Assembly: GCA_964016885.1 (NCBI GenBank)
Contig: OZ024740.1
Coordinates: forward strand, 436,728,001 to 436,792,000
Direction of reading: 5' to 3'
Length of the DNA: 64,000 bases
From: Eledone cirrhosa
Lineage: Eukaryota
The position numbers were made by a program, and so were the translations under genes. This document shows positions 30,761-45,300 of the stretch, one piece after another. Under the pieces are notes generated by a model. The model was not told the DNA's origin, searched no databases, and worked only from the letters and a program-made list of their open reading frames with translations. The stretch's first letter is position 1; each line of letters begins with the position of its first letter.

Positions 30761-32700
30761 TCAAGCTATTTCTGTAATAACCACTCACTGTTCACTATAT
30801 GTCAAGCTATTTATGTGATTACCCCTGACTGTTCACTACATGTCAAGCTATTTCTGTGATAATCCCTCACTGTTCACTACATATCAAGCTATTTCTGTAA
30901 TAACCCCTCACTGTTCAATACAGGTCAAGCTATTTCTGTGATAAACCCTCGCTGTTCACTACATGTCAAGCTATTTCTTTGATAATCCCTCACTGTTCAC
31001 TACATATCAAGCTATTTCTGTGATAATCCCTCACTGTTCACTACATGTCAAACTATTTCCGGTGATTGCCCCTCACTGTTCACTACATGTCAACCTATTT
31101 CTGTAATTACCCCTCACTGTTCACTACATGTCAAGCTATTTCTGTGATAACCCCTCACTGTTCTCTACATGTCAAGCTATTTCTGTGATAACCTTTCACT
31201 GTTCTCTACATGTCAAGCTATTTGTGTGATAACCTCTCACTGTTCACTACATTTCAAGCTATTTCTGTGATAACCCCTCACTGTTCACTACATGTCAAGC
31301 TATTTCTGTGATAACCCCTCATTGTTCACTACATGTCAAGCTATTTCTGCAATTACCCCTCACTGTTCACTACATGTCAAGCTATTTCTGTGATAACCCC
31401 TCACTGTTCTCTACATGTCAAGCTATTTCTGTAATAACCCCTCACTGTTCACTACATGTCAAGCTATTTCTGTAATAACCACTCACTGTTCAATATATGT
31501 CAAGCAATTTATGTGATAACCCCTCACTGTTCACTACATGTCAAGCTATTTCTGTGATAACGCCTCACTGTTCACTACATGTCAAGCTATTTCTGTGATA
31601 ACCCCTCATTGTTCACTACATGTCAAGCTATTTCTGTGATAAACTTTCACTGTTCTCTACATGTCAAGCTATTTGTGTGATAACCTCTCACTGTTCACTA
31701 CATTTCAAGCTATTTCTGTGATAACCCCTCACTGTTCACTACAGGTCAAGCTATTTCTGTGATAAACCCTCACTGTTCACTACATGTCAAGCTATTTCTG
31801 TGATAATCCCTCACTGTTCACTACATGTCAAGCTATTTCTGTGATAACCCCTCACTGTTCACTACATGTCAACTATTTCTGTGATAATCCCTCACTGTTC
31901 ACTACATGTCAAGCTATTTCCGGTGATTGCCCCTCACTGTTCACTATATGTCAAGCTATTTCTGTGATAACCCCTCACTGTTCACTACATGTCAAGCTAT
32001 TTTTGTGATAGCCTCTCACTGTTCACTACATTTCAAGCTATTTCTGTGATAACCCCTGACTGTTCACTACATGTCAAGCTATTTCTGTGATAATCCCTCA
32101 CTGTTCACTACATATCAAGCTATTTCTGTGATAACCCCTCATTGTTCACTACATGTCAAGCTATTTCTGTAATTACCCCTCACTGTTCACTACATGTCAA
32201 GCTATTTCTGTGATAACCCCTCACTGTTCTCTACATGTCAAGCTATTTCTGTAATAACCCCTCACTGTTCACTACATGTCAAGCTATTTCTGTAATAACC
32301 ACTCACTGTTCACTATATGTCAAGCTATTTATGTGATTACCCCTGACTGTTCACTACATGTCAAGCTATTTCTGTGATAATCCCTCACTGTTCACTACAT
32401 ATCAAGCTATTTCTGTAATAACCCCTCACTGTTCAATACAGGTCAAGCTATTTCTGTGATAAACCCTCGCTGTTCACTACATGTCAAGCTATTTCTTTGA
32501 TAATCCCTCACTGTTCACTACATATCAAGCTATTTCTGTGATAATCCCTCACTGTTCACTACATGTCAAACTATTTCCGGTGATTGCCCCTCACTGTTCA
32601 CTACATGTCAACCTATTTCTGTAATTACCCCTCACTGTTCACTACATGTCAACCTATTTCTGTGATAACCCCTCACTGTTCTCTACATGTCAAGCTATTT
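29660..32700. repeat. Tandem duplication, 37 monomers (about 1518 bp x2)
   Basis: ORFs at 30266/31784 and AAACCCTCGC at 30943/32461. A further partial copy lies at +3160 (ORF 34944, AAACTCTCGC at 35621). Confidence 0.82.
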
Positions 32701-35700
32701 CTGTAATAACCCCTCACTGTTCACTACATGTCAAGCTATTTCTGTAATAACCACTCACTGTTCACTACATGTCAAGCTATTTCTGTGATAACCCCTCACT
32801 GTTCACTACATGTCAAGCTATTTCTGTGATAACTCCTCACTGTTCACTACATGTCAAGCTATTTCTGTGATAACCCCTCACTGTTCACTACATGTCAAGC
32901 TATTTCTGTGATAACCTTTCACTGTTCACTACATGTCAAGCTATTTCTATGATAACCCCTGACTGTTCACTACATGTCAAGCTATTTCTGTGATAATCCC
33001 TCACTGTTCACTACATATCAAGCTATTTCTGTGATAACCCCTCATTGTTCACTACATGTCAAGCTATTTCTGCAATTACCCCTCACTGTTCACTACATGT
33101 CAAGCTATTTCTGTGATAACCACTCACTGTTATCTACATGTCAAGCTATTTCTGTAATAACCCCTCACTGTTCACTACATGTCAAGCTATTTCTGTAATA
33201 ACCACTCACTGTTCACTATATGTCAAGCTATTTATGTGATTACCCCTCACTGTTCTCTACATGTCAAGCTATTTCTGTAATAACCCCTCAATGTTCAATA
33301 CAGGTCAAGCTGTTTCTGTGATAAACCCTCACTGTTCACTACATGTCAAGCTATTTCTTTGATAATCCCTCACTGTTCACTACATATCAAGCTATTTCTG
33401 TGATAATCCCTCACTGTTCACTACATGTCAAACTATTTCCGGTGATTGCCCCTCACTGTTCACTACATGTCAACCTATTTCTGTAATTACCCCTCACTGT
33501 TCACTACATGTCAAGCTATTTCTGTAATAACCCCTCACTGTTCACTACATGTCAAGCTATTTATGTGATTACCCCTGACTGTTCTCTACATGTCAAGCTA
33601 TTTCTGTAATAACCCCTCACTGTTCAATACAGGTCAAGCTATTTCTGTGATAAACCCTCACTGTTCACTACATGTCAAGCTATTTCTGTGATAACCCCTC
33701 ACTGTTCACTACATGTCAACTATTTCTGTGATAATCCCTCACTGTTCACTACATGTCAAGCTATTTCCGGTGATTGCCCCTCACTGTTCACTATATGTCA
33801 AGCTATTTCTGTGATAACCCCTCACTGTTCACTACATGTCAAGCTATTTGTGTGATAACCTCTCACTGTTCACTACATTTCAAGCTATTTCTGTGATAAC
33901 CCCTGACTGTTCACTACATGTCAAGCTATTTCTGTGATAATCCCTCACTGTTCACTACATATCAAGCTATTTCTGTGATAACCCCTCATTGTTCACTACA
34001 TGTCAAGCTATTTCTGTAATTACCCCTCACTGTTCACTACATGTCAAGCTATTTCTGTGATAACCCCTCACTGTTCTCTACATGTCAAGCTATTTCTGTA
34101 ATAACCCCTCACTGTTCACTACATGTCAAGCTATTTCTGTAATAACCACTCACTGTTCACTATATGTCAAGCTATTTATGTGATTACCCCTCACTGTTCT
34201 CTACATGTCAAGCTATTTCCGTAATAACCCCTCACTGTTCAATACAGGTCAAGCTATTTCTGTGATAAACCCTCGCTGTTCACTACATGTCAAGCTATTT
34301 CTTTGATAATCCCTCACTGTTCACTACATATCAAGCTATTTCTGTGATAATCCCTCACTGTTCACTACATGTCAAACTATTTCCGGTGATTGCCCCTCAC
34401 TGTTCACTACATGTCAACCTATTTCTGTAATTACCCCTCACTGTTCACTACATGTCAAGCTATTTCTGTGATAACCCCTCACTGTTCTCTACATGTCAAG
34501 CTATTTCTGTAATAACCCCTCACTGTTCACTACATGTCAAGCTATTTCTGTAATAACCACTCACTGTTCACTACATGTCAAGCTATTTCTGTGATAACCC
34601 CTCACTGTTCACTACATGTCAAGCTATTTCTGTGATAACCTTTCACTGTTCACTACATGTCAAGCTATTTCTATGATAACCCCTGACTGTTCACTACATG
34701 TCAAGCTATTTCTGTGATAATCCCTCACTGTTCACTACATATCAAGCTATTTCTGTGATAACCCCTCATTGTTCACTACATGTCAAGCTATTTCTGTAAT
34801 TACCCCTCACTGTTCACTACATGTCAAGCTATTTCTGTGATAACCCCTCACTGTTCTCTACATGTCAAGCTATTTCTGTAATAACCCCTCACTGTTCACT
34901 ACAGGTCAAGCTATTTCTGTGATAAACCCTCACTGTTCACTACATGTCAAGCTATTTCTGTGATAATCCCTCACTGTTCACTACATGTCAAGCTATTTCT
35001 GTGATAACCGCTCACTGTTCACTACATGTCAACTATTTCTGTGATAATCCCTCACTGTTCACTACATGTCAAGCTATTTCCGGTGATTGCCCCTCACTGT
35101 TCACTATATGTCAAGCTATTTCTGTGATAACCCCTCACTGTTCACTACATGTCAAGCTATTTTTGTGATAACCTCTCACTGTTCACTACATTTCAAGCTA
35201 TTTCTGTGATAACCCCTGACTGTTCACTACATGTCAAGCTATTTCTGTGATAATCCCTCACTGTTCACTACATATCAAGCTATTTCTGTGATAACCCCTC
35301 ATTGTTCACTACATGTCAAGCTATTTCTGTAATTACCCCTCACTGTTCACTACATGTCAAGCTATTTCTGTGATAACCCCTCACTGTTCTCTACATGTCA
35401 AGCTATTTCTGTAATAACCCCTCACTGTTCACTACATGTCAAGCTATTTCTGTAATAACCACTCACTGTTCACTATATGTCAAGCTATTTATGTGATTAC
35501 CCCTGACTGTTCACTACATGTCAAGCTATTTCTGTGATAATCCCTCACTGTTCACTACATATCAAGCTATTTCTGTAATAACCCCTCACTGTTCAATACA
35601 GGTCAAGCTATTTCTGTGATAAACTCTCGCTGTTCACTACATGTCAAGCTATTTCTTTGATAATCCCTCACTGTTCACTACATATCAAGCTATTTCTGTG

Positions 35701-35709
35701 ATAATCCCT

Positions 35710-38700
35710 CACTGTTCACTACATGTCAAACTATTTCCGGTGATTGCCCCTCACTGTTCACTACATGTCAACCTATTTCTGTAATTACCCCTCACTGTTC
35801 ACTACATGTCAACCTATTTCTGTGATAACCCCTCACTGTTCTCTACATGTCAAGCTATTTCTGTAATAACCCCTCACTGTTCACTACATGTCAAGCTATT
35901 TCTGTAATAACCACTCACTGTTCACTATATGTCAAGCTATTTATGTGATAACCCCTCACTGTTCACTACATGTCAAGCTATTTCTGTGATAACGCCTCAC
36001 TGTTCACTACATGTCAAGCTATTTCTGTGATAACCCCTCATTGTTCACTACATGTCAAGCTATTTCTGTGATAAACTTTCACTGTTCTCTACATGTCAAG
36101 CTATTTGTGTGATAACCTCTCACTGTTCACTACATTTCAAGCTATTTCTGTGATAACCCCTCACTGTTCACTACAGGTCAAGTTATTTCTGTGATAAACC
36201 CTCACTGTTCACTACATGTCAAGCTATTTCTGTGATAATCCCTCACTGTTCACTACATGTCAAGCTATTTCTGTGATAACCCCTCACTGTTCACTACATG
36301 TCAACTATTTCTGTGATAATCCCTCACTGTTCACTACATGTCAAGCTATTTCCGGTGATTGCCCCTCACTGTTCACTATATGTCAAGCTATTTCTGTGAT
36401 AACCCCTCACTGTTCACTACATTTCAAGCTATTTCTGTGATAACCCCTCACTGTTCAGTACATATCAAGCTATTTCTGTGATAACCCCTCACTGTTCACT
36501 ACATGTCAAGCTATTTCTGTGATAACCCCTCACTGTTCTCTACATGTCAAGCTATTTCTGTAATAACCCCTCACTGTTCACTACATGTCAAGCTATTTCT
36601 GTAATAACCACTCACTGTTCACTACATGTCAAGCTATTTCTGTGATAACCCCTCACTGTTCACTACATGTCAAGCTATTTCTGTGATAACCCCTCACTGT
36701 TCACTACATGTCAAGCTATTTCTGGGATAACCCCTCACTGTTCACTACATGTCAAGCTATTTCTGTGATAACCTTTCACTGTTCACTACATGTCAAGCTA
36801 TTTCTATGATAACCTCTCACTGTTAACTACATGTCAAGCTATTTCTGTGATAAGCCCTCACTGTTCACTACATGTCTAGCTATTTCTGTGTTAACCCCTC
36901 ATTGTTCACTACATGTCAAGCTATTTCTGTGATTACCCCTCACTGTTCACTACATGTCAAGCTATTTCCGGTGATTACCCCTCACTGTTCACTATATGTC
37001 AAGCTATTTCTGTGATAACCTCTCACTGTTAACTACATGTCAAGCTATTTCTGTGATAACCCCTCACTGTTCACTACATGTCAAGCTATTTCTGTGATAA
37101 CCTTTCACTGTTCACTACATGTCAAGCTATTTCTATGATAACCTCTCACTGTTCACTACATGTCAAGCTCTTTCTGTGATAACCTGTCACTGTTCACTAC
37201 ATGTCAAGCTATTTCTGTGATAACCCCTCACTGTTCTCTACATGTCAAGCTATTTCTGTAATAACCCCTCACTGTTCACTACATGTCAAGCTATTTCTGT
37301 GATAACCTCTCACTGTTCACTACATGACATGGTATTTCCGGTGATTACCCCTCACTGTTCACTACATATCAAGCTATTTCTGTGATAATCCCTCACTGTT
37401 CACTACATGTCAAACTATTTCCGGTGATTGCCCCTCACTGTTCACTACATGTCAACCTATTTCTGTAATTACCCCTCACTGTTCACTACATGTCAAGCTA
37501 TTTCTGTGATAACCCCTCACTGTTCTCTACATGTCAAGCTATTTCTGTAATAACCCCTCACTGTTCACTACATGTCAAGCTATTTCTGTAATAACCCCTC
37601 ACTGTTCACTACATGTCAAGCTATTTCTGTGATAACCCCTCACTGTTCACTACATGTCAAGCTATTTCTGTGATAACCCCTCACTGTTCACTACATGTCA
37701 AGCTATTTCTGTGATAACATTTCACTGTTCACTACATGTCAAGCTATTTCTATGATAACCTCTCACTGTTCACTACATGTCAAGCTATTTCTGTGATAAC
37801 CTCTCACTGTTCACTATATGTCTAGCTATTTCTGTGATAATCCCTCACTGTTCACTACATGCCAAGCTATTTCTGTGATTACCCCTCACTGTTCACTACA
37901 TGTCAAGCTATTTCTGTGATAACCCCTCACTGTTCACTACATGTCAAGATATTTCTGTGATAACCTTTCACTGTTCACTACATGTCAAGCTATTTCTGTG
38001 ATAACCTCTCACTGTTCACTACATGTCAAGCTATTTCTATCATAAGCCCTCACTGTTCACTACATGTCAAGCTATTTCTTTGATAACCCCTGATTGTTCA
38101 ATACATGTCAAGCTATTTCTGTGATTACCCCTCACTGTTCACTACATGTCAAGCTATTTCCGGTGATTACCCCTCACTGTTCACTATATGTCAAGCTATT
38201 TCTGTGATTACCCCTCACTGTTCACTACATGTCAAGCTATTTCTGTGATAACCTCTCACTGGTCACTACATGTAAAGCTATTTCTGTGATAACCTCTCAC
38301 TGTTCACTACATGACAAGCTATTTCTGTGATAACCTCTCACTGTTCACTATATCTCAAGCTATTTCTGTGATAACCCCTCACTGTTCACTACATGTCAAA
38401 CTATTTCTGTGATAACCCATCACTGTTCACTACATGTCAAGCTATTTCCGGTGATTACCCCTCACTGTTCACTATATGTCAAGCTATTTCTGTGATTACC
38501 CCTCACTGTTCACTGTATGTCAAGCTATTTCTGTGATAACCTCTCACTGGTCACTAATTGTAAAGCTATTTCTGTGATAACCTCTCTCTGTTCACTACAT
38601 GTCAAGCTATTTCTGTGATAACCTCTCACTGTTCACTATATGTCTAGCTATTTCTGTGATAACCCCTCACTGTTCACTACATGTCAAACTATTTCTGTGA

Positions 38701-41700
38701 TAACCCATCACTGTTCACTACATGTCAAGCTATTTCCGGTGATTACCCCTCACTGTTCACTATATGTCAAGCTATTTCTGTGATTACCCCTCACTGTTCA
38801 CTACATGTCAAGCTATTTCTGTGATAACCTCTCACTGTTCACTACATGTCAAGCTATTTGTGTGATAACCTCTCACTGTTCACTACATGTCAAGCTATTT
38901 CTGTGATAACCCCTGACTGTTCACTACATGTCAAGCTATTTATGTGATAATCCCTCACTGTTCATTACATATCAAGCTATTTCTGTGATAACCCCTCACT
39001 GTTCACTACATGTCAAACTATTTCCGGTGATTGCCCCTCACTGTTCACTACATGTCAACCTATTTCTGTAATTACCCCTCACTGTTCACTACATGTCAAC
39101 CTATTTCTGTGATAACCCCTCACTGTTCTCTACATGTCAAGCTATTTCTGTAATAACCCCTCACTGTTCACTACATGTCAAGCTATTTCTGTAATAACCA
39201 CTCACTGTTCACTATATGTCAAGCTATTTATGTGATAACCCCTCACTGTTCACTACATGTCAAGCTATTTCTGTGATAACGCCTCACTGTTCACTACATG
39301 TCAAGCTATTTCTGTGATAACCCCTCATTGTTCACTACATGTCAAGCTATTTCTGTGATAAACTTTCACTGTTCTCTACATGTCAAGCTATTTGTGTGAT
39401 AACCTCTCACTGTTCACTACATTTCAAGCTATTTCTGTGATAACCCCTCACTGTTCACTACAGGTCAAGTTATTTCTGTGATAAACCCTCACTGTTCACT
39501 ACATGTCAAGCTATTTCTGTGATAATCCCTCACTGTTCACTACATGTCAAGCTATTTCTGTGATAACCCCTCACTGTTCACTACATGTCAACTATTTCTG
39601 TGATAATCCCTCACTGTTCACTACATGTCAAGCTATTTCCGGTGATTGCCCCTCACTGTTCACTATATGTCAAGCTATTTCTGTGATAACCCCTCACTGT
39701 TCACTACATTTCAAGCTATTTCTGTGATAACCCCTCACTGTTCAGTACATATCAAGCTATTTCTGTGATAACCCCTCACTGTTCACTACATGTCAAGCTA
39801 TTTCTGTGATAACCCCTCACTGTTCTCTACATGTCAAGCTATTTCTGTAATAACCCCTCACTGTTCACTACATGTCAAGCTATTTCTGTAATAACCACTC
39901 ACTGTTCACTACATGTCAAGCTATTTCTGTGATAACCCCTCACTGTTCACTACATGTCAAGCTATTTCTGTGATAACCCCTCACTGTTCACTACATGTCA
40001 AGCTATTTCTGGGATAACCCCTCACTGTTCACTACATGTCAAGCTATTTCTGTGATAACCTTTCACTGTTCACTACATGTCAAGCTATTTCTATGATAAC
40101 CTCTCACTGTTAACTACATGTCAAGCTATTTCTGTGATAAGCCCTCACTGTTCACTACATGTCTAGCTATTTCTGTGTTAACCCCTCATTGTTCACTACA
40201 TGTCAAGCTATTTCTGTGATTACCCCTCACTGTTCACTACATGTCAAGCTATTTCCGGTGATTACCCCTCACTGTTCACTATATGTCAAGCTATTTCTGT
40301 GATAACCTCTCACTGTTAACTACATGTCAAGCTATTTCTGTGATAACCCCTCACTGTTCACTACATGTCAAGCTATTTCTGTGATAACCTTTCACTGTTC
40401 ACTACATGTCAAGCTATTTCTATGATAACCTCTCACTGTTAACTACATGTCAAGCTGTTTCTGTGATAACCCCTCACTGTTCACTACATGTCAAACTATT
40501 TCTGTGATAATCCCTCAATGTTCATTACATGTCAAGCAATTCCTGTGATAACCTCTCACTGTTCACTACATGTCAAGCTCTTTCTGTGATAACCTGTCAC
40601 TGTTCACTACATGTCAAGCTATTTCTGTGATAACCCCTCACTGTTCTCTACATGTCAAGCTATTTCTGTAATAACCCCTCACTGTTCACTACATGTCAAG
40701 CTATTTCTGTGATAACCTCTCACTGTTCACTACATGACATGGTATTTCCGGTGATTACCCCTCACTGTTCACTACATATCAAGCTATTTCTGTGATAATC
40801 CCTCACTGTTCACTACATGTCAAACTATTTCCGGTGATTGCCCCTCACTGTTCACTACATGTCAACCTATTTCTGTAATTACCCCTCACTGTTCACTACA
40901 TGTCAAGCTATTTCTGTGATAACCCCTCACTGTTCTCTACATGTCAAGCTATTTCTGTAATAACCCCTCACTGTTCACTACATGTCAAGCTATTTCTGTG
41001 ATAACCCCTCACTGTTCACTACATGTCAAGCTATTTCTGTGATAACCCCTCACTGTTCACTACATGTCAAGCTATTTCTGTGATAACATTTCACTGTTCA
41101 CTACATGTCAAGCTATTTCTATGATAACCTCTCACTGTTCACTACATGTCAAGCTATTTCTGTGATAACCTCTCACTGTTCACTATATGTCTAGCTATTT
41201 CTGTGATAATCCCTCACTGTTCACTACATGCCAAGCTATTTCTGTGATTACCCCTCACTGTTCACTACATGTCAAGCTATTTCTGTGATAACCCCTCACT
41301 GTTCACTACATGTCAAGATATTTCTGTGATAACCTTTCACTGTTCACTACATGTCAAGCTATTTCTGTGATAACCTCTCACTGTTCACTACATGTCAAGC
41401 TATTTCTATCATAAGCCCTCACTGTTCACTACATGTCAAGCTATTTCTTTGATAACCCCTGATTGTTCAATACATGTCAAGCTATTTCTGTGATTACCCC
41501 TCACTGTTCACTACATGTCAAGCTATTTCCGGTGATTACCCCTCACTGTTCACTATATGTCAAGCTATTTCTGTGATTACCCCTCACTGTTCACTACATG
41601 TCAAGCTATTTCTGTGATAACCTCTCACTGGTCACTACATGTCAAGCTATTTCTGTGATAACCTCTCACTGTTCACTACATGACAAGCTATTTCTGTGAT

Positions 41701-42360
41701 AACCTCTCACTGTTCACTATATCTCAAGCTATTTCTGTGATAACCCCTCACTGTTCACTACATGTCAAACTATTTCTGTGATAACCCATCACTGTTCACT
41801 ACATGTCAAGCTATTTCCGGTGATTACCCCTCACTGTTCACTATATGTCAAGCTATTTCTGTGATTACCCCTCACTGTTCACTGTATGTCAAGCTATTTC
41901 TGTGATAACCTCTCACTGGTCACTAATTGTAAAGCTATTTCTGTGATAACCTCTCTCTGTTCACTACATGTCAAGCTATTTCTGTGATAACCTCTCACTG
42001 TTCACTATATGTCTAGCTATTTCTGTGATAACCCCTCACTGTTCACTACATGTCAAACTATTTCTGTGATAACCCATCACTGTTCACTACATGTCAAGCT
42101 ATTTCCGGTGATTACCCCTCACTGTTCACTATATGTCAAGCTATTTCTGTGATTACCCCTCACTGTTCACTACATGTCAAGCTATTTCTGTGATAACCTC
42201 TCACTGTTCACTACATGTCAAGCTATTTGTGTGATAACCTCTCACTGTTCACTACATGTCAAGCTATTTCTGTGATAACCCCTGACTGTTCACTACATGT
42301 CAAGCTATTTATGTGATAATCCCTCACTGTTCATTACATATCAAGCTATTTCTGTGATAA
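35710..42360. repeat. Tandem duplication, about 80-83 monomers (offset 3287, then 3410, then 3369)
   Basis: ORFs at 36216/39503 (3287), TACATGACATGG at 37321/40731 (3410 = +3 monomers) and CATAAG at 38041/41410 (3369 = -1 monomer). Confidence 0.85.
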
Positions 42361-45300
42361 CCCCTCATTGTTCACTACATGTCAAGCTATTTCTGTGATA
42401 ACGCCTCACTGTTCACTACATGTCAAGCTATTTCTGTGATAACCCCTCATTGTTCACTACATGTCAAGCTATTTCTGTGATAACCTTTCACTGTTCTCTA
42501 CATGTCAAGCTATTTGTGTGATAACCTCTCACTGTTCACTACATTTCAAGCTATTTCTGTGATAACCCCTCACTGTTCACTACATGTCAAGCTATTTCTG
42601 TGATAACCCCTCATTGTTCACTACATGTCAAGCTATTTCTGCAATTACCCCTCACTGTTCACTACATGTCAAGCGATTTCTGTGATAACCCCTCACTCTT
42701 CTCTACATGTCAAGCTATTTCTGTAATAACCCCTCACTGTTCACTACATGTCAAGCTATTTCTGTAATAACCACTCACTGTTCACTACATGTCAAACTAT
42801 TTCCGGTGATTGCCCCTCACTGTTCACTACATGTCAACCTATTTCTGTAATTACCCCTCACTGTTCACTACATGTCAAGCTATTTCTGTGATAACCCCTC
42901 ACTGTTCTCTACATGTCAAGCTATTTCTGTAATAACCCCTCACTGTTCACTACATGTCAAGCTATTTCTGTAATAACCACTCACTGTTCACTATATGTCA
43001 AGCTATTTATGTGATAACCCCTCACTGTTCACTACATGTCAAGCTATTTCTGTGATAACGCCTCACTGTTCACTACATGTCAAGCTATTTCTGTGATAAG
43101 CCCTCATTGTTCACTACATGTCAAGCTATTTCTGTGATAAACTTTCACTGTTCTCTACATGTCAAGCTATTTGTGTGATAACCTCTCACTGTTCACTACA
43201 TTTCAAGCTATTTCTGTGATAACCCCTCACTGTTCACTACAGGTCAAGTTATTTCTGTGATAAACCCTCACTGTTCACTACATGTCAAGCTATTTCTGTG
43301 ATAATCCCTCACTGTTCACTACATGTCAAGCTATTTCTGTGATAACCCCTCACTGTTCACTACATGTCAACTATTTCTGTGATAATCCCTCACTGTTCAC
43401 TACATGTCAAGCTATTTCCGGTGATTGCCCCTCACTGTTCACTATATGTCAAGCTATTTCTGTGATAACCCCTCACTGTTCACTACATGTCAAGCTATTT
43501 CTGTGATAACCCCTCACTGTTCAGTACATATCAAGCTATTTCTGTGATAACCCCTCACTGTTCACTACATGTCAAGCTATTTCTGTGATAACCCCTCACT
43601 GTTCTCTACATGTCAAGCTATTTCTGTAATAACCCCTCACTGTTCACTACATGTCAAGCTATTTCTGTAATAACCACTCACTGTTCACTACATGTCAAGC
43701 TGTTTCTGTGATAACCCCTCACTGTTCACTACATGTCAAGCTATTTCTGTGATAACCCCTCAATGTTCACTACATGTCAAGCTATTTCTGGGATAACCCC
43801 TCACTGTTCACTACATGTCAAGCTATTTCTGTGATAACCTTTCACTGTTCACTACATGTCAAGCTATTTCTATGATAACCTCTCACTGTTAACTACATGT
43901 CAAGCTATTTCTGTGATAAGCCCTCACTGTTCACTACATGTCTAGCTATTTCTGTGTTAACCCCTCATTGTTCACTACATGTCAAGCTATTTCTGTGATT
44001 ACCCCTCACTGTTCACTACATGTCAAGCTATTTCCGGTGATTACCCCTCACTGTTCACTATATGTCAAGCTATTTCTGTGATAACCTCTCACTGTTAACT
44101 ACATGTCAAGCTATTTCTGTGATAACCCCTCACTGTTCACTACATGTCAAGCTATTTCTGTGATAACCTTTCACTGTTCACTACATGTCAAGCTATTTCT
44201 ATGATAATCTCTCACTGTTAACTACATGTCAAGCTGTTTCTGTGATAACCCCTCACTGTTCACTACATGTCAAACTATTTCTGTGATAATCCCTCAATGT
44301 TCATTACATGTCAAGCAATTCCTGTGATAACCTCTCACTGTTCACTACATGTCAAGCTCTTTCTGTGATAACCTGTCACTGTTCACTACATGTCAAGCTA
44401 TTTCTGTGATAACCCCTCACTGTTCTCTACATGTCAAGCTATTTCTGTAATAACCCCTCACTGTTCACTACATGTCAAGCTATTTCTGTGATAACCTCTC
44501 ACTGTTCACTACATGTCAAGCTATTTCTGTGATAACCCCTGACTGTTCACTACATGTCAAGCTATTTATGTGATAATCCCTCACTGTTCATTACATATCA
44601 AGCTATTTCTGTGATAACCCCTCACTGTTCACTACATGTCAAACTATTTCCGGTGATTGCCCCTCACTGTTCACTACATGTCAACCTATTTCTGTAATTA
44701 CCCCTCACTGTTCACTACATGTCAACCTATTTCTGTGATAACCCCTCACTGTTCTCTACATGTCAAGCTATTTCTGTAATAACCCCTCACTGTTCACTAC
44801 ATGTCAAGCTATTTCTGTAATAACCACTCACTGTTCACTATATGTCAAGCTATTTATGTGATAACCCCTCACTGTTCACTACATGTCAAGCTATTTCTGT
44901 GATAACGCCTCACTGTTCACTACATGTCAAGCTATTTCTGTGATAACCCCTCATTGTTCACTACATGTCAAGCTATTTCTGTGATAAACTTTCACTGTTC
45001 TCTACATGTCAAGCTATTTGTGTGATAACCTCTCACTGTTCACTACATTTCAAGCTATTTCTGTGATAACCCCTCACTGTTCACTACAGGTCAAGTTATT
45101 TCTGTGATAAACCCTCACTGTTCACTACATGTCAAGCTATTTCTGTGATAATCCCTCACTGTTCACTACATGTCAAGCTATTTCTGTGATAACCCCTCAC
45201 TGTTCACTACATGTCAACTATTTCTGTGATAATCCCTCACTGTTCACTACATGTCAAGCTATTTCCGGTGATTGCCCCTCACTGTTCACTATATGTCAAG

